From contig NZ_MWQY01000008.1 of the NCBI RefSeq assembly GCF_002087085.1, positions 62,001-126,000 of the forward strand: a stretch of DNA of 64,000 nt, given 5' to 3'. Made by a program: the position numbers and the translations under genes. This document shows, one piece after another, positions 20,253 to 29,463 of this stretch. Numbering within the stretch: position 1 is the stretch's first letter; every line of letters begins with the position of its first letter. The notes below the pieces were generated by a model, which saw only the letters and a program-made list of their open reading frames with translations, was not told the origin of the DNA and ran no database searches.

Positions 20253-21485
20253 ATGAAAAAACTAGTCAGTGAAAAGAGTCTGCAAAAACTTATGGCCCCT
20301 GCAGCGCTGGTAATCCTTTATCTGTTTTTCGGATTCTTCGGGCGGAACTTCTTCTCCTATGCCACATTGGTAAATATCTTCGATGCCTCCTATTATATCG
20401 GGTTCATAGCCATAGGAGTAACCTTCGTAATAATAACAGGCGGCATAGACCTCTCCGTGGGAACCGTGATGATGTGCGCATCCATCATCGGCGGTACCGC
20501 CTACGTCACATGGGGCTGGCCCATGTGGGCTTCCCTTCTGCTGATCCTGCTGATCGGAACCCTCTTCGGCGTTTTCAACGGTATTATGGTCTCCCGGCTG
20601 AAGCTTCCCCCCTTTATTGCAACCCTCGGGACAATGATGATCTCCATGGGTATCGGTTCCATCGTATCCAACGTCAGAAGCGCGACCTTTCCTACCCGTG
20701 CCGGCGAAGACGGCTGGTTCAAGAACATATTCAAGATAATTACCGAGGACTATCAGTCGATTCCCACCGGAGCCGGGGTCCTTCTGCTCGTCGCATTGAT
20801 TGCCTACATCATCCTGACAAAAACCAGAATGGGCCGCTACATCTTCGCCATCGGCAGCAACAAGGAAGCCGCCCGGCTTTCCGGGATAAACGTAAAGAAA
20901 TGGGAGATGATGGCCTATGTTACCAGCGGGGTCTGTGCAGGCATAGGAGGGATCGCCTTCCCTGCGGTCTATACCACCGTCATGCCCGCCCAGGGCCAGG
21001 GATTCGAGCTCTACGCCATCGCCGCTGCGGTAATCGGCGGCACCTCCCTCTCCGGCGGGATCGGGTCGATCTTCGGAACCCTTATCGGTGTGTACATCAT
21101 AAGCGTGCTCCGTTCCGGACTTCCGTCAATGGACCTGCAGGCCCATTACCAGACCTTCTTTACCGGGGTCGTTGTAATCGGCGCCGTTCTGCTGGATATC
21201 TACCGCAATAAAAAGGCCTCGGAAATCCGCATCCTCTCCGCAGCGGACAGGTATCGGGCAGACATGAACGAAAAAATAAAAGCCCTGAAGCAGCGTCTTT
21301 CCGCAGTCGCCGGGGACGAAGCGGAGGGAATCAAAAAAGAGATTTCCCGGCTGAAACATGAACGGAACCATGAATTCAGAAAAATGAAACGTGAACAGAA
21401 ACATACCCAGACGCAGATAAAACGGGAAGAGCGTCTGGCTGAGGAAGAACTGAAGCGCCGGCTGGAAGAAGAGGCCGGAGAATAA
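20253..21485 (+). CDS. Sugar ABC permease (RbsC type) with C-terminal coiled-coil tail
   Basis: GGIDLSVG, PPFIATLG, GSNKEAARLSG, IAAAVIGGTSL. Confidence 0.92.
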   Translation: MKKLVSEKSLQKLMAPAALVILYLFFGFFGRNFFSYATLVNIFDASYYIGFIAIGVTFVIITGGIDLSVGTVMMCASIIGGTAYVTWGWPMWASLLLILLIGTLFGVFNGIMVSRLKLPPFIATLGTMMISMGIGSIVSNVRSATFPTRAGEDGWFKNIFKIITEDYQSIPTGAGVLLLVALIAYIILTKTRMGRYIFAIGSNKEAARLSGINVKKWEMMAYVTSGVCAGIGGIAFPAVYTTVMPAQGQGFELYAIAAAVIGGTSLSGGIGSIFGTLIGVYIISVLRSGLPSMDLQAHYQTFFTGVVVIGAVLLDIYRNKKASEIRILSAADRYRADMNEKIKALKQRLSAVAGDEAEGIKKEISRLKHERNHEFRKMKREQKHTQTQIKREERLAEEELKRRLEEEAGE

Positions 21486-21534
21486 GGTTGATACCCTGAA
21501 CGTGTATTCAGGAAAAAATAACAGGAGGAATTTC

Positions 21535-22638
21535 ATGAATCTATCCAAGAGAGCATGTATCGCAATCCTTGCACTGATCATGCTGACAGTCTTTTCCCTG
21601 GGCTCATTTGCCGCAGGACAGAAAGACAGCGGAACCCCCTACATCGCCGTTGTATCCAAGGGTGAACAGCACGACTTCTGGCAGCAGGTAAAGCTTGGAG
21701 CCACCGCCGCTGCTGCAGAATTGGGAGTAAGCATGACCTTTGAAGGTCCCGCTTCGGAAAGCGACGTGCAGGACCAGGTGGAGATGCTCAATGTCGCCCT
21801 GGCCAAGGCCCCCGCGGCCATAGCCCTGGCGGCCCTCGATACCAACTCGGTAATCGACCAGCTCATCGAGGCCAGAAACCGGAAGATTCCGGTAATCGGT
21901 TTCGACTCCGGCGTTCCCGAAGCCCCGGAAGGATCGATCTACGCCAACGCCTCAACCGACAACTACAATGCCGCCGGTGTGGCTGCGGAAAAGATGTTCG
22001 AGGTGATCGGTGACAAAATCAAAGGGGCAAGCGCCGCCAATCCCGTTAAAATTGTAGTCATGAACCAGGATGCCTCCGGCGAATCCCTGCTGAGCCGCGG
22101 ACGCGGATTCCGGGACCGGATGGTGGAACTCGTTGTGTCCAAGGCCGGAATGGCAAAAAGCGATATCAAGGTTATGGGAAACCCCGCCTACATCGCCTCT
22201 GACAGCCCCACCTCGGGCAACAAGGTCATGATCGAGATGGTCGTGCCCGCATCCGCCTCGGCCAGCGACTCAATGGCCGCCTCCACCGCTGTTCTGAACA
22301 AGGTGAAGGAGCAGAACATTCTCGGAATCTTCTGTTCCAACGAAGCGACCGTTAAGGGCCTTCTGGCAGCCACCAACGACGGTTCCGCCCTTCCCCAGCA
22401 GTATCCGAACCTGGCGGTTGTGGGATACGACGCCGGCGCTGGACAGAAAAACGCCGTACGGAACGGCTACTTCCTCGGTTCCATAACCCAGGATCCCTAC
22501 CAGATCGGGTATAAGGCAGTGGAACTGGCCGTCAAAGCATACAAGGGCGAGCCCGTATCCGATGTTGATACCGGCGCAAAATTCTACAATGCCGACAACA
22601 TGGATGATGCCGACATCAAGGGTCTCCTGTACGATTGA
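21535..22638 (+). CDS. Sugar ABC substrate-binding protein
   Basis: Signal peptide, FWQQVKLG, IPVIGFDS, ITQDPYQIGY; SD AGGAGG. Confidence 0.92.
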   Translation: MNLSKRACIAILALIMLTVFSLGSFAAGQKDSGTPYIAVVSKGEQHDFWQQVKLGATAAAAELGVSMTFEGPASESDVQDQVEMLNVALAKAPAAIALAALDTNSVIDQLIEARNRKIPVIGFDSGVPEAPEGSIYANASTDNYNAAGVAAEKMFEVIGDKIKGASAANPVKIVVMNQDASGESLLSRGRGFRDRMVELVVSKAGMAKSDIKVMGNPAYIASDSPTSGNKVMIEMVVPASASASDSMAASTAVLNKVKEQNILGIFCSNEATVKGLLAATNDGSALPQQYPNLAVVGYDAGAGQKNAVRNGYFLGSITQDPYQIGYKAVELAVKAYKGEPVSDVDTGAKFYNADNMDDADIKGLLYD

Positions 22639-22682
22639 TCCGAAAGTACACGTGTAAAATGTTCATAAGCTAAAGATACAAG

Positions 22683-22714
22683 CAGGTTGCCGGATAATCC
22701 GGCAGCCTGTTTTT
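22683..22714 (+). terminator. Hairpin plus U-tract after the binding-protein gene
   Basis: CAGGTTGCCGGA-TAA-TCCGGCAGCCTG-TTTTT. Confidence 0.7.
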
Positions 22715-22732
22715 AGTATACGGAGGAAGAAA

Positions 22733-23056
22733 ATGCAGCGTCATGGTCAGATTATTAAACTGAAGCCCGGCGTTCTGGAAAGTTATGCCAAGTATCACAG
22801 TGAAGTCTGGCCCGGAGTTCTCGCGACAATCCGGGAGTGCAATATACGCAACTACTCCATCTTTCACAAGGATGGTTTCCTGTTCGCCTATTTTGAATAC
22901 GTGGGAAACGACTTTGATAAGGACATGCAGAAGATGGCGGATGATCCGCTGACCCGGGAGTGGTGGAAGATCATGGGGCCCATGCAGGAGCCCCTGAAGA
23001 CCAGGAAAGAAGGAGAATGGTGGGCCGAGATGGACGAGGTCTTCCACCTCGAATAG
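22733..23056 (+). CDS. L-rhamnose/L-fucose mutarotase (RhaM family)
   Basis: YAKYHSEVWP, IRNYSIF, REWW, MDEVFHLE. Confidence 0.88.
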   Translation: MQRHGQIIKLKPGVLESYAKYHSEVWPGVLATIRECNIRNYSIFHKDGFLFAYFEYVGNDFDKDMQKMADDPLTREWWKIMGPMQEPLKTRKEGEWWAEMDEVFHLE

Positions 23057-23077
23057 GGTCCCCCGGGCAGGACTGTT

Positions 23078-24559
23078 CTATTCGGGGTAGAGCCTGCAGA
23101 AGCGGCGGAAATCATCGTCCCACCCGGTCCGTGTCCCGGGCTCGTAGCGTTCCGGTTTGACCGCCGAAGCCACCAGACGGCGTCCTGCGGCCAGATCGGA
23201 AATCAGGCCCTGCCCCGCTGCCTGAAGGATGATATTCCCCAGGGCGGTGGCCTCCGCAGGGCCTGCTACAACCGGACGTCCTGTCGCCTGGGCAGCCATA
23301 CGGCAGAGAAGGCGATTCCTGACTCCCCCGCCGACAATGTGTATCACCGGATACTTCTTCCCCGTGAGTCCTTCGATTCCTTCCATGGTCCTGCGATACA
23401 CCAGGGCAAGACTTTTGAAGATGCAGCAGGCTATCTGGCCCTCCTTCCGGGGAACCTCCTGCCGGGTCTCCGCCGCGGCAGCGCGTATTTCCTCCGGCAT
23501 GTTTTCAGGCGCGGTAAAGCGCTGATCCATGGGATTTATCAGCGTCCCGAAGGACAATTCCGACTCCGCCATCTCGACCAGCCGGCTGTAATCGAAGACC
23601 CTCCCCTCCCGGTCCCAGATACGCTTGCATTCCTGGATGAGCCAGAGCCCCATAATATTGCTCAGGAGGCTGATTTTCCCTCCGGCACCGATCTCATTGG
23701 TAATCCTGAGTTCCGCCGCCCGGGTACTGAGGACCGGTTCATCGGTCTCGACCCCCATAAGACTCCAGGTACCCGAGGAGAGGTAGATAAAATCCTCTTT
23801 TTCCGCGGGAACAGCGGCTATCGCCGACTGGGTGTCGTGGGAGCACGTCGCGAATACCCTGGTACCCGACAGACCGGTAAAGGCCTCCACGTCGGCGCTG
23901 ACGGGCCCCAGCTCTTCCCCGGGCTTAATTATGGGAGTAAAAAGTCCCTCCGGGTACCCGAGTTTCCTGATCAAGGGCCGGTTCCAGTCACGTTTCCGGG
24001 GATCCACCAGGGCGCTGGTGGAAGCGATGGAGAGTTCGCTCCGCAGTTTACCCGTCAGAAAATAATTCAGCAGATCCGGAGTCATGGCAAGCGCCCGGGC
24101 GGATTCGAAGAGTTCCCGGTTCTCCTCCCGCTCCGCAAAGAGCTGAAAAACCGTATTGATGCTCATCATCTGGATCCCCCCGGCGGCGTAGAGCTCGTTT
24201 TCCGGAACGAGGGCAAAGAGCTTTTCCGGTATCCCCTCGGTTCGGACGTCCCTGTAGTGACGGGGGTTCGACAGGAGCCTGCCGTCTTTCCCGATAAGCC
24301 CGTAGTCCACTCCCCAGGTATCCACTGCAAGGGAGAGAATTCCCCCGCCGAAATCCCGCCGGTGGATTATAAGAGCCTCCAGGATCTCCCGGTAGAGGGC
24401 CAGGATGTCCCAGTGGAACCGTCCGTTCAGCCTGACCGGACGGTTCTCGAAACGGTGAAGGGTTTCGACCTCCAGGGAATCCCCCTCCAGACGTCCTGCA
24501 ATGCAACGTCCGGAGGAGGCTCCGAAGTCGAAGGCGAGAATGTCGCCTTTCGGTCTCAT
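23078..24559 (-). CDS. Rhamnulokinase-family FGGY kinase (probably fuculokinase)
   Basis: DFGASSGR, DTWGVDY, HDTQSA, SSGTWSL, GPAEATALGN; follows fucI. Confidence 0.88.
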   Translation of the reverse strand: MRPKGDILAFDFGASSGRCIAGRLEGDSLEVETLHRFENRPVRLNGRFHWDILALYREILEALIIHRRDFGGGILSLAVDTWGVDYGLIGKDGRLLSNPRHYRDVRTEGIPEKLFALVPENELYAAGGIQMMSINTVFQLFAEREENRELFESARALAMTPDLLNYFLTGKLRSELSIASTSALVDPRKRDWNRPLIRKLGYPEGLFTPIIKPGEELGPVSADVEAFTGLSGTRVFATCSHDTQSAIAAVPAEKEDFIYLSSGTWSLMGVETDEPVLSTRAAELRITNEIGAGGKISLLSNIMGLWLIQECKRIWDREGRVFDYSRLVEMAESELSFGTLINPMDQRFTAPENMPEEIRAAAAETRQEVPRKEGQIACCIFKSLALVYRRTMEGIEGLTGKKYPVIHIVGGGVRNRLLCRMAAQATGRPVVAGPAEATALGNIILQAAGQGLISDLAAGRRLVASAVKPERYEPGTRTGWDDDFRRFCRLYPE

Positions 24560-24561
24560 AA

Positions 24562-26346
24562 TCAGACTCCATAGAGGGATCCGAAGTTGCCGCAGGCCCG
24601 ATAGTCGGCGCCTTCCTTTTCCATACCGAAGGCGTTCCAGGAGCTCGGCCGGAATATCCTCTCTTCGTCCACATTATGCATGCAGACCGGAATCCGCAGC
24701 ATGGATGCCAGGGTAATCAGATCGGCCCCGATATGGCCGTAGCTGATGGCTCCGTGGTTGGCGCCCCAGTTGGCCATTACCTGATAGACATCCCGGAAGG
24801 CACCCTGCCCGGTAAGACGGGGGGCAAACCAGGTGGTGGGCCAGGTCGGATTGGTGCGGTCGTCCAGGGTCCGGTGGACATCATCGCTCAAGCGTACGGT
24901 CTCGCCTTCGGCAATCTGGAGTACCGGGCCCAGCCCCTTGACGATGTTGATTCTGAACATGGTTACCGGCATCCCCCCCCGGGTAAGGAAGTCGGTGGAA
25001 TATCCGCCTCCCCGGAAATACCCGGCATCGGCGGGACAGAACTCCGTGGCCGCAAGACAGGCCTGAACCTCATCTTCATCTATCTCCCAGAAGGGTTTGA
25101 TCGCCGGCTTGCCGTCCTTCAGCTGCTCCCCCGTTCCGTCAAGGCAGGTTGAGCCGGAGTTTATCAGGTGGATAAGACCGCCGGCGGCGGCGCCGCTCAT
25201 CTTCTGTCCGGTAACCCGCTCAATTGCCTCGGGACTCCAGTAGGTACGCACGTCGGAAAAGATCTGTGCCGTATTTGTCAGCAGATGCCCAAAGAGCATG
25301 GCTGCACCGTTGAGGCTGTCGTTCTCGGTGGCGACAATATAGGGCTGACGGGGACCGTTCCAGTCGAAGGAGGTGTTCAGTATCGTCTCCATGAAGTCAC
25401 CGTTGGGAAAGTGATCGGTCCACTGGCGCTGTCCCTGGAAGCCGGCCACCAGCGCGTTATGACCCATGGCTTCCTCGCCGAAACCGAGTTCCGCCAGCCT
25501 GGGATTTCCGTTCATCAGGTCCTTTGCAATCAGGCACATCTTGACGACAAACTCCCAGTCCTGCTCCTTCTGCTCAGGGCTGCGCTGCTGGTCCGCAGGA
25601 TTTGGATCCTGCCCTGTTTTGCAGAACTTCTTGGTCCAGGCCAGGGCCTTTTCGAACTCTTCCTTGTCGTAAATCTCCTCGTCGATCCGCCGGATAAACT
25701 CTGACATGTCGATGTATTCGTTTCGCATTCCCAGGTAGTCCTGGAAGAAACTGTCATTCACGATGGAACCGGCGATACCCATGGATACCGATCCCATGGA
25801 GAGGTAGCTTGTGCCGCGCATCATCGACACAGCAAGTCCTGCCCTGGCAAAGCTGAGGATCTTTGCCCGGACATCCGAAGGAACGGAGGTATCGTCAGCA
25901 TCCTGAACCTCCCGACCGTAGATACCGAAAGCAGGCAGACCCTTCTGGGAATAGCCTGCCAGTACCGCCGCAAGATACACCGCCCCCGGACGCTCAGTCC
26001 CGTTGAAGCCCCAGACAGCCTTGGGAATAAAGGGGTCCATATCCATGGTCTCCGTGCCATAGCACCAGCAGGGGGTCACCGTCAGCGAGACGCCTACCCC
26101 CTGGTCGGCGAACTTCCGGGCGCACATGGCCGATTCGGCCACCCCGCCGATGGTCCTGTCGGCGATAACGCATTCCACGGGATCGCCGTTGGGATAACGC
26201 AGGTTTTCACTGATCAGTCTGGCCGCTGATTTGGCCATGTTCATGGTCTGCTCTTCCAGGGATTCCCGGACACCCCGCTGCCTGCCGTCTATGGTGGGCC
26301 TGATTCCTACTTTGGGAAATGCGTTAAATAGTCGTTTTTCTGCCAT
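24562..26346 (-). CDS. fucI: L-fucose isomerase
   Basis: [42 protein letters not shown]. Confidence 0.97.
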   Translation of the reverse strand: MAEKRLFNAFPKVGIRPTIDGRQRGVRESLEEQTMNMAKSAARLISENLRYPNGDPVECVIADRTIGGVAESAMCARKFADQGVGVSLTVTPCWCYGTETMDMDPFIPKAVWGFNGTERPGAVYLAAVLAGYSQKGLPAFGIYGREVQDADDTSVPSDVRAKILSFARAGLAVSMMRGTSYLSMGSVSMGIAGSIVNDSFFQDYLGMRNEYIDMSEFIRRIDEEIYDKEEFEKALAWTKKFCKTGQDPNPADQQRSPEQKEQDWEFVVKMCLIAKDLMNGNPRLAELGFGEEAMGHNALVAGFQGQRQWTDHFPNGDFMETILNTSFDWNGPRQPYIVATENDSLNGAAMLFGHLLTNTAQIFSDVRTYWSPEAIERVTGQKMSGAAAGGLIHLINSGSTCLDGTGEQLKDGKPAIKPFWEIDEDEVQACLAATEFCPADAGYFRGGGYSTDFLTRGGMPVTMFRINIVKGLGPVLQIAEGETVRLSDDVHRTLDDRTNPTWPTTWFAPRLTGQGAFRDVYQVMANWGANHGAISYGHIGADLITLASMLRIPVCMHNVDEERIFRPSSWNAFGMEKEGADYRACGNFGSLYGV

Positions 26347-26386
26347 TTTTATCTCCTTGCTTCCTTCGGATTGATAGCTTTTATGG

Positions 26387-26406
26387 GCATGTAATCGATT
26401 ACATGC
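26387..26406. promoter_or_regulatory. LacI-type operator upstream of fucI
   Basis: Perfect 20-bp palindrome GCATGTAATC|GATTACATGC just downstream of minus-strand TTGCGT-17-CATACT. Confidence 0.85.
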
Positions 26407-26448
26407 ATAAATAGTATGACAGAGCTTTCCCGATAACGCAACTACAAA

Positions 26449-27450
26449 TTACGGGGAGATGCTTTGATGGGTAATAATGCCCGTTGGAAGACGCCGGATA
26501 CGGGGGGGACCCTCGTATTGCCGGCGAATACGTCTGAGAAGGAGCTCCGCGGCGGTCTGCCCCATCTCCCGCATGGGCTGAGACAGGGTAAAGGCGGAAA
26601 AACCCAGCAGGGGCACAAGATCCATGCTGTCAAAACCGGCGGTCTGGATTCCCCGCACCGTACCTGTACCGCTCTGCAGAAGATAGCGGGTTGCCCCGAC
26701 GTGCATGAAGTAGTTGGCAATAAAGAGATGCCTGGGAGGATCGGACAGGGCCATCATTCTTCCGGCCAGCTCGTAACCGGAATCAACGTGGAAATCGCCG
26801 AAACAGACCAGCTCCGGATCAATTTTAATATGATGGTCCTCATGAGCCCTCCGGAACCCCTCCCAGCGCTCCTGGGCGGTGGTCAGATCCTGGCGTCCCC
26901 CGATAAAGCCAATACGCCTCACCCCGGCCTCGAAAAAGCGCAGAGCTGCAGAATAACTGCCGCCGATGTTATCCACCAGCACCGCATCGCAGTCGAAGCC
27001 GCCGACCATCCGGTCAACGACTACTGCGGGAATGTCCCGTTCGCTCAGTGCGGCATAGTGTGCTCCGGTGTTGCCCGCGGGGATTATGATAACCCCGTCG
27101 ACCCGCTGATCGCTTAAGAGGTCTATCCGCTTCTCCTCGATCTCCGCCTTTTCCGCGGTATTGCAGATGATCAGGCTATAGCCCTCCGCCTGCAGTCTCT
27201 CTTCCACCCCTTCGGCTATGTACATGAAAAAATCGTTGGCAATCTCCGGAGTCAGAAATCCCACAGCATGGCTGCGACTGGTTTTCAGGGACCGGGCAAT
27301 TGTGTTGCGGCGGTACCCGGATGCGGCGATTACCTCGCTTACGGACTTGAAGGTCTCCGGCGCAATCCGGCGGTCATGGTTGAGAACGCGGGAAACGGTA
27401 GCGGTGGAGACCCCGGCAAGACGGGCAACATCCTTGATGGTAACTGCCAT
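26449..27450 (-). CDS. LacI family transcriptional regulator
   Basis: MAVTIKDVARLAGVSTATVSRVLN; start at ATG 27450. Confidence 0.93.
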   Translation of the reverse strand: MAVTIKDVARLAGVSTATVSRVLNHDRRIAPETFKSVSEVIAASGYRRNTIARSLKTSRSHAVGFLTPEIANDFFMYIAEGVEERLQAEGYSLIICNTAEKAEIEEKRIDLLSDQRVDGVIIIPAGNTGAHYAALSERDIPAVVVDRMVGGFDCDAVLVDNIGGSYSAALRFFEAGVRRIGFIGGRQDLTTAQERWEGFRRAHEDHHIKIDPELVCFGDFHVDSGYELAGRMMALSDPPRHLFIANYFMHVGATRYLLQSGTGTVRGIQTAGFDSMDLVPLLGFSAFTLSQPMREMGQTAAELLLRRIRRQYEGPPRIRRLPTGIITHQSISP

Positions 27451-27463
27451 GGAAATATTCTGC

Positions 27464-27477
27464 TGTAAACGATTGCA
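27464..27477. promoter_or_regulatory. Second LacI-type operator (autoregulatory)
   Basis: TGTAAACGATTGCA resembles TGTAATCGATTACA and lies in the spacer of minus-strand TGGACA-17-CAGAAT. Confidence 0.7.
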
Positions 27478-27543
27478 TTTGTCCAGTAAGACGCCAGCCT
27501 GCCTTGCATCCCCGGCCCCACCCCGGGTATGCTGACGATAAAT

Positions 27544-28062
27544 ATGGACACCGAAGAAAAACTCTACTTTACCTATCAGCACATACATCATACCGTAGCC
27601 GGCCTTGCGGACCAGGTCCGTGCTTCGGGATTCAAACCTGACCTGATTGTCGCCATCGGTACCGGGGGTTTTATACCCGCCCGTATCCTGAAGACCTATA
27701 TGGACCTGCCCATCCTGACGGTAGGGTTGCGGCTCTACGGCCCGGACAACAAGCCGGCGGAGAGCCCCCAGAAGATCCAGTGGATCGACGAGGTTGAAAA
27801 AAAGCTCACCGGGCGCAATATCCTCCTCGTGGACGAGATCGACGATTCCCGGGTCACCCTGGAATACTGTCTTAAGGAACTGCTTTCCCACGATCCACAG
27901 GAGATAGCCGTGGCGGTACTTCACAACAAGCTCAAGGAAAAACGGGGAGAGTATCCGGCGGAGGTCACAAAGATCTTCTTCGGCGAGGAACTCGAGGACC
28001 TCTGGGTGGTGTACCCCTGGGACGCCGAAGATATAGACGCCCACGACCGGGCGGCCAAATAA
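27544..28062 (+). CDS. Purine phosphoribosyltransferase (Hpt1/Xpt1-like)
   Basis: AIGTGGFIPARIL, LLVDEIDDSRVTL PRPP loop, WVVYPW. Confidence 0.88.
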   Translation: MDTEEKLYFTYQHIHHTVAGLADQVRASGFKPDLIVAIGTGGFIPARILKTYMDLPILTVGLRLYGPDNKPAESPQKIQWIDEVEKKLTGRNILLVDEIDDSRVTLEYCLKELLSHDPQEIAVAVLHNKLKEKRGEYPAEVTKIFFGEELEDLWVVYPWDAEDIDAHDRAAK

Positions 28063-28072
28063 AGGAGGTTTT

Positions 28073-28777
28073 ATGCCGATTGTATTGCCCATTGCAGACA
28101 GCAGGGAGACGTACACTATTAATCCGGGAAAAATCATTGCTGTTGGACTCAACTATGTGGACCACGTAAAAGAGAGCAACATCTACGACACAAAGGAGCT
28201 GGACATTCCCAAGGAACCGGTCATCTTCGCAAAAACCCCGAACGTACTCATCGGACCGGGAGAGGAGATTGTAATCCCCGCTTTCCTGAAGGAGTACAAC
28301 TTCCCTGAACTCAGGGTCGATTATGAAGCCGAACTGGCGGTGATAATCGGGAAGGGGGGTAAAAACATTCCCGAAGAGTCCGCCCTGGACCACGTTTTCG
28401 GCTTCTGCTGCTTCAACGACGTCTCCGCCAGGAACATCCAGAAAACCGACACCTCCGGCTGGTTCCGGGGAAAATCCCTGGACACCTTCGGCCCCATTGG
28501 CCCGGTGGTCGTGCCGCGGGAAAAGATCGCGGACATACAGAACCTCACTGTACAGTGCCGCCTGAACGGCAGGGTCGTACAGAAGGCATCGACTTCGCAG
28601 ATGATCTTTCCCGTGGCCCGCCTGATACACTACATCAGCCGTAACATGAGCCTCAATGCGGGAGACATTATCGCCACGGGTACCCCCTCCGGCGTGGGAC
28701 CCATCAGGCAGGGAGATACGGTGGAGATCGACATAGAAGGTATCGGCATCCTGAAAAATCCGGTTGTGGAGGAATAG
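28073..28777 (+). CDS. Fumarylacetoacetate hydrolase family protein
   Basis: VGLNYVDH, DYEAELAV, NDVSAR, GKSLDTFGPIGP, TGTPSGVG. Confidence 0.92.
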   Translation: MPIVLPIADSRETYTINPGKIIAVGLNYVDHVKESNIYDTKELDIPKEPVIFAKTPNVLIGPGEEIVIPAFLKEYNFPELRVDYEAELAVIIGKGGKNIPEESALDHVFGFCCFNDVSARNIQKTDTSGWFRGKSLDTFGPIGPVVVPREKIADIQNLTVQCRLNGRVVQKASTSQMIFPVARLIHYISRNMSLNAGDIIATGTPSGVGPIRQGDTVEIDIEGIGILKNPVVEE

Positions 28778-28857
28778 TCCTCCCCCGCCAGGCTTGATCA
28801 AAGAGGCCCCGCCCTGTTAGACTGAATCAAGAAACTTGTTGGATAAGGAGGTGTTCC

Positions 28858-28902
28858 ATGAAGAGGAACCGTTTCCGCCCCAACACAGCTAAGGCCGGCT
28901 GA
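28858..28902 (+). CDS. Putative 14-aa small protein MKRNRFRPNTAKAG
   Basis: Strong SD TAAGGAGGT 6 nt before ATG; upstream promoter-like and downstream terminator. Confidence 0.5.
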   Translation: MKRNRFRPNTAKAG

Positions 28903-28923
28903 GTGCCGGCATAAATATATAAC

Positions 28924-28961
28924 GCCGGTGGCCTGCAAAGCGGGGGACCGGCATTTTTTTT
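28924..28961 (+). terminator. Intrinsic terminator
   Basis: GCCGGT-GG-CCTGC-AAA-GCGGG-GG-ACCGGC followed by ATTTTTTTT. Confidence 0.75.
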
Positions 28962-28971
28962 ATGGTCACCC

Positions 28972-29451
28972 TCAGGTATAGTCCCCTGTCCTGGTGTCCC
29001 TGTCGACGGCGTACTTTTTCGGGGCGTACAAAAAGCTGAAGGAGACCGCTCCCTCCCTGGTTGCCGTGGAATGGTGGGTCCGGTGGGCATTGATTATCCG
29101 CTTCATATAGGAGTTCTTCGGCCGGTACCGCAGCCGCTTGATTCGCCGATGGAACATGATGTCATGAAACAATACATATCCCGCACCGTACAGAGCGACA
29201 CCGAATCCCGAAGCCGCCATAAGGTAGATCCCCTGCTTTAAACCATTATAGATCAGCAGAAACGAAATAAAGGCAAAAACCAGAGCATAAACGTCATTCT
29301 TCTGCAGCCTGTGCCGTGGGCGGTGGTGATCCTCATGGAGAAACCAGCCGAATCCATGCATAACGTATTTGTGCATGAACCAGGCCACGAATTCGAAAAA
29401 TATCGCGGACGCAAGAAAAACCACGGCGTAGCCGAGCCATCGCAGTATCAC
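28972..29451 (-). CDS. crtZ: Beta-carotene hydroxylase
   Basis: His boxes HKYVMHG, HEDHH, HDIMFH, HRTHH; NDVYAL; SFSFL. Confidence 0.85.
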   Translation of the reverse strand: MILRWLGYAVVFLASAIFFEFVAWFMHKYVMHGFGWFLHEDHHRPRHRLQKNDVYALVFAFISFLLIYNGLKQGIYLMAASGFGVALYGAGYVLFHDIMFHRRIKRLRYRPKNSYMKRIINAHRTHHSTATREGAVSFSFLYAPKKYAVDRDTRTGDYT

Positions 29452-29463
29452 AACATTACCTCC

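Noticed and set aside
15752..24574. Long antisense ORFs (e.g. 15752-17032, 17542-18720, 23339-24574)
   Set aside because: Shadow frames of well-supported genes in GC-rich DNA, with no motifs
27451..28152. 567-aa ORF suggesting a LacI with a long N-terminal extension
   Set aside because: The extension is the antisense of the PRTase gene; the HTH, promoter and operator all point to ATG 27450
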